Part shown: positions 46,296 through 64,000 of the stretch, in pieces
How the letters are laid out: each line of letters starts with the position of its first letter
Position numbering within the stretch: position 1 is the stretch's first letter
From: Tubulanus polymorphus
Lineage: Eukaryota > Animalia > Nemertea
Direction: 5' to 3'
Length of the DNA stretch: 64,000 bases
Assembly (NCBI RefSeq): GCF_964204645.1
Contig: NC_134029.1
Location: 8,520,850 to 8,584,849 of the forward strand
The notes under the pieces: generated by a model
What the model was told of the DNA's origin: nothing
The model's database searches: none
The model's input: only the letters and a program-made list of their open reading frames with translations
Made by a program: the position numbers and the translations under genes

Positions 46296-49200
46296 GTAAG
46301 AATATTCGCTTTTATCGAAGCTTTTCATTATTTTCAACCGATTTTCTAAAAGTTTGTTGTTAATTTGTCTGTCAGTAGATACTCGCTTATATAGTACAGT
46401 AGTTGTCGGTTGTCATCGGTAAGGGTCTGTGGTGCACCGTGAGAATGTTTTCTAATTTTGATTCTGCTGTCCTAAAATTAAAAAGTTCAAGTTTCCACAA
46501 TCATTGACAATGTAGAGCAAAGAAGTGAACTATTTACTAACTTTTGTTTGACTGGACCGAGGGACTAGGTTTTAAAAGTTGAGAGTATAGGTAGTAGGCC
46601 GATTTAAAAAAGGGCATACCTTTCAAAATTACAACGATGCTCATCTTTTTTTTGAATGTGACAAGTTTGCCAAAAAATTGCCGACAAAATTCAACAAGAA
46701 AAGAGGTGCTTGGGAATATAATAAAGTCAACAAGAGTACGCAGGCCTACAGTAGGCTAATGCTTATTTTGCAACTTTTGCATTTGGGTCTAGATCTAGAC
46801 TTTTTATATCCGGAGCCTTGGTTAGGATGGAAGTGTTAAAAAAACATTTAATCAGTTGTATCGGGGCCCTATATTGAAAATTAGTGATTTTATTACCATG
46901 CAGTTTGTGTTCAAACAGGGCCCTTACACCCCAGTTGTAGGTCAAAGATCCAAGCCATTGATGACATATATGATTGTTCTCACTGGCACAGGCCTACTCA
47001 TTACTGTTCAAGTTGTCAATGGCAGCAATTAGTATTTGACCCTGTGTGCATCATTCTGTAGCTAGCAAAATTGAATAAGCGATTGATAAGGATTTGCATT
47101 AGGCCTATATTTATTCTGCTGGGACTAATGACAAATATAGAGGATTTTGGCTGTGTTGATGATTCTATGCCTTGGTTGTTGGTACTTGACTTTTCATGTC
47201 AAATTAAGATGATTTGCAATAATTGAGAGTGTGTCTATGTAAATTGGCAGCTCCTGGACCTGGTTCTAAAGTTGTCAGACTCGCAATAAGCTGAATAGTT
47301 AAACGTTAAATTAGTTCATTGAAACTAAGATTGAAATGAATTTTGTTTACACGGTCCAGAAAATCATTAAGAATTTTTGTTCGTTATTGGTCGTCAATAT
47401 CATTCCAGAGTAGGCTATCATCTATTAGTCATACAGGCAGTCTGGGTTGTATGAGTAATGGTGCAAGAATTCTATTATGACGAGTAGGAAGCGGTGCAAC
47501 TTCCAAAACATCCTTCAGATATGCCTCCTCATCACGGAAGTGACTACTACTTCATGAGAAAAATTGTTTAGAATAGATACAAGGCTTGGATGTGGTTATT
47601 ATCATTTCTCATGTTATCACCAGTAGGCCTCGATAGACCTTAATGCATGTCTGAATTTATCACACATTCTGTTATATTCAGTTTATCAACTGTCACAGTG
47701 GTAAAGACCTAAATTTATTAGTTGTCCAGACTTATATACTTTCTACGAAGGCTAAAACATAATGATAAATCTCCTGATGCGCTGGGTCACTTTTGTAAAC
47801 AGTGATAAAATTTGTAATCAGTTCATTTCAGCCAGGGTCTTTTATGGTTAGCTTGATCATGATTGAAGTGAAAATAGATAATGTACAGGATAAAGGCGGC
47901 TGGCCTGGTCCAGCAGAAATGAGAAACATGTTATCAAGTTTTTGGCCCAAATGTATTCATATGAGTTTAATTAGCCCTCTGATTTTTGTTGCATGACCCG
48001 CTGACTGTGAAGTAGGAAAACTGGAGATAGCAACAAATTGAGAGAAAAAGGAAGATTTAGCACTGTTGCAGAAATAATATTTAGTGACAGCGATTTTTTA
48101 GCATTTCTTCATACTGTATATTTCCCCTTTGAGACTTTTTTGGATGTTGTTCGAGTGCTATATGACAAAAGAAGCGAGGGTTTAGTCACGCCTCTCACAT
48201 CTGCTTCGTTTCTGATTCAATCCGTTCGCTGATTGACATCTCATAAACAAAGATAGATCCTGATTTAGCGCGTAACAAAGCTGTCTGGTTGTCTAGCTGC
48301 TCGATGCTTTAGCAGACAGCGAGGTGCAAAGGGTAGAGGTGCAAAGGGTAGCGTACGTATACAGTTTGATTTTCAGGAAATCATTGGATTTGTAGTGACG
48401 TTTGTGTTAAACTCGTCCAGTTGCTCAAATGTCAGTAAGAGTTAAGCAGTGGATAGTTGACATAGTGACAATTAAAAGTTCATTGTTGCTATGGTATACA
48501 TCCACTGGCTATGGTATACATCCACTGGTTATCTTTAATCAACTTTTGAGCAACTAGCCCCTGGTGTAGAGTAAGTCTAACGAGAGGGATGCTTTAGCCT
48601 ATATAGTCTCACTTCATATTCGTAGCAACAATTTTGTTATGGCAATAATTCAATCAAAGGCGTTGAATATCATCGAGTGGGCTCTAAGTATTACCTGCAG
48701 ATCCAAGAGATACAAGTTCACTATTACTGGGCTTAAAAACTACCGCTTATAAGAATGCCTGGAGATTGTTGATTTCAGGATTCCTAAGTCCAGGAATCTG
48801 ACAGAGCAAAAAAAGTAAATGAAAGTCGTTAAATGAGAGCGCGGCCGTGAACAATGTAAACTCTAAACTTGTTTATTTGAAGTAAAGCTTTCGCTGCTAT
48901 TTGCATTGTAGCTTCATCAGGTGAATGATTCGTAAATCATCGAGATTAAAAAATCCAATCAATGATTCGACGAGGGGTTAGCCTCATACAACAACATTTC
49001 AGTTGTTTCAATTACCTTTTTTATTTCTATTTTTGATAGAGAGAGTCTGGCATTTTAGTGGTATAGCTGGTGTGCAGTGTAATTAGGTTATGTTGTCGTT
49101 GATTATTGTGGATCAGGCATTAATTTTGACCAAATTGCCATGAATAATTTCACCTCGGCATTGCGTCAATAAAAGCCCATTAAATAGCTAAGTAGATTAT

Positions 49201-50468
49201 TATCGATTCGCTTGATGGCAGGATAGAATATGACAAGATATTTTTTCTATCGGAAATACGTTATATATTGTCATGTATTTGTAATTTGCTTAGCAAGCTC
49301 TATTGAAATTTTCTTGTTAAAAAGATGATCAGAAGGATAATACAGTGATGTGATGGACATTGATTTCCTCTATAGGGGAATACATTGACATGATATTAAA
49401 CAATACCCATTTTTCGGTAGATGTCAATAGGTTTTGTTATTTTGATCCAAAAGTCAAAATGAACAATACATTTTCGGGGACTTTTTCGAAATTTCGGAAA
49501 CATGTTTGAGCGTAATTTTATCGAAAACTTTTGTCAAGACGACATCATTGACTGCATTCACGAAATGTATGCGATTTCCCGCCTTAGCCTGGGGTGACAC
49601 TTATACTGACTAGTGAGCAGACAAGCCATATTGATAAAACAAATATCCAGAGTTTAAAAGGTGGGAATGTTGTTTATAGCGTAGATTACACCGAATTCAT
49701 GTATTCACGCAGAGCAACTGATCACCAATACGTTGCTGTTATCTTCAGTCGTTGGTGACCTGCGAGCGTTCTCCACGTTTGTGGTTCAGTCAGGGTGTAG
49801 GGTGACATCTGAGGCCCCTTCAGTTCTGTTGCATCCGATGACCTGATCCTGGCTTGAGTCAAGTTCATTCCTGGATCAGGTTTTCTCAGTACCAGCCGGT
49901 GTCTGGATTGTGGTCACATTGAGCTGTGGTCAGACTCTGAGCCGGATGTGGGCGGGTGTTTTTTTTTCCCCGAGTGACTGACTGGTTATTGCAAACCCTG
50001 ATCTTGGTTTTGTTTATCACAAGTGACGAGTCGGTTTAAGTGTAAGCGAGAAGTGTTGTATTAGTTTGGGAGAAAAATATTCACAGTCCAAATTTGCTAG
50101 CGCCATAAAGCGTGTAAATCTCAAAAGACCTCGGTCTGTCTGTAAGTTTGATCAGTTATGAACAAATAGGACTAAAATAAGCTTGGTCTGTTTTTTTTAT
50201 TATCTTAAACATTTCAAGGACTGGAACCGACAGCCTTGGTTTCATTATAAATATCTCGCAGGGAATGTGTATAATGCTTTACCCGAACAAAGAAATTTTT
50301 TTCAATTTAGAGATTGGTTTTTCGCCGTGTCACGTGAACGTAAAATATCATCTTATTCGTCTACGTGGTTTACTTTTTCATAAATTATCTTCATCCGATA
50401 TGTTCGATATATTTTGATCGAGCCGTTTTTATTTGTTGTTTTTTTTTTCAGGATTTTTTCATTTGTGA

Positions 50469-62711
<12,243 letters not shown>

Positions 62712-64000
62712 GTACGTACATACCATTTCATCAGTTCAGTTCATCGTGTCACTTTTAACATATTACTCATCCTCTCTCATTGTCATCTTCATCATACCTC
62801 TAACTCTTTAACGCATTATGGTTATATATGATTGACCTTTCTCTTAACAATGTTACTATCATCAACTTAGAGTGATGTCTAACTGACCTCGAAGCTTATG
62901 CGAAATTCAAAAAGTACGGCATCAAGACCCGGCCGGAACCTGTCCTACTAGACCAGTTAAGGAATAATTCATGCAGCGCCAACCAATGGATTGTTTAGAC
63001 CCCATTGCATTGCTGTGCATTATTTATGATTGCCTATTAGTAATATCAAATTTCTGCTGACCTGGGTTTACTGAAAGTTTCGATGCTGTGGTAGGTTCTC
63101 GGCGATAAAGGATTTGAATTTCTGCTGGATGGCCTTTGTCCGTCGAATTTCGTGATAGCTTCGTGTTTTCAGGTTTATTACTCATTAACAAAAGAGACTA
63201 GATCCTGTTCCTGATCTAAGTGTTGTCAAAATTTATGTACAGTAGACTCTGCCTAACTCGGTAGTATTGGGACCATAAATATGTCCTGAGTTGTAAGAAC
63301 TGGAGAAAGTAGAATTCATCATGGGTAGGTCCGCCGAGTAAGGAGGGGTGCACTATAGTTTCTTTTCGCGATAGATGATTTTCGCCCGATGTTTATGATA
63401 ATACGAGGACAGGATCTTGTCTCGATTGTTAAGAATCCTCTTTTAAGTACATCAAATGTCTCATGAAGTTTTCTCATGCGTGATGTCAGTCTAGTTAGTG
63501 GAACGTAAGGAAAGTAAGTTTTAGTATTGATACAAACGTTCTTAACGTCCTAGTCAAGGTAAGTTGTGTAGTGGTAAACCGGTATTGTTGGTTATAAACT
63601 TTTTGTGGCCCATATAGATGCCGTAAACAGCACTGTGATACAGAAAAAGTGCATGTAAAATATTTCAAAATTGATAGAATCTCCATAAACAACTTATTAT
63701 TAGAAAAACTTTTGAAAAGCAAAGAGCACATTGATAGAATATCAGCAAGCAAGGTTAATTTGACAGGGGCATATCCTTAAATCTTGCTTGAGCCAAGTTT
63801 TCATCGAAATTGGTATCATGAATTTGGTGAATAGTATGAGCTTGAGAGTTATGCTGTTCATCAAGTCACAATATTGTACACAATAGTTTCGGCATCTATA
63901 TGGGGGGCATTTAATTTAGTATAAATTTCATGCTTGGTGGACGAGCATGAGCATTCTGTGTGATTCATTCTCTAACTGTTGTACGTTTTATGAGTAAGCT

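Overview
AT-rich, intron-containing genomic DNA from an invertebrate animal (lophotrochozoan-like; the taxon is inference only). Six spliced genes were reconstructed by hand: MBD2/3 (-), HSD17B4 (+, 23 coding exons, ends in -AKL), SSR2/TRAP-beta (-, with a U12-type minor intron), cyclin G (+), EMC7 (+) and a multi-repeat beta-thymosin with at least 5 repeats (+, continues past the window end). There is also a tRNA-Glu(CTC). The most striking structure lies in cyclin G intron 5: a 5'-truncated Penelope-like retroelement (RT thumb + GIY-YIG) present as a near-perfect 2 x 1171-bp palindrome with a 4-nt spacer. Each arm carries a minimal hammerhead ribozyme, there is a 32-bp unpaired tail and a 13-bp target duplication, and the insert is nested in the TIR of a MITE with its own 9-bp TSD. 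Other repeats include two near-identical 846-bp TIR elements, a Helentron-type element with a 154-bp satellite, several MITE families, and a fold-back family whose arms look like outward-facing tRNA-type Pol III promoters. All coordinates were read by eye and no database searches were run.
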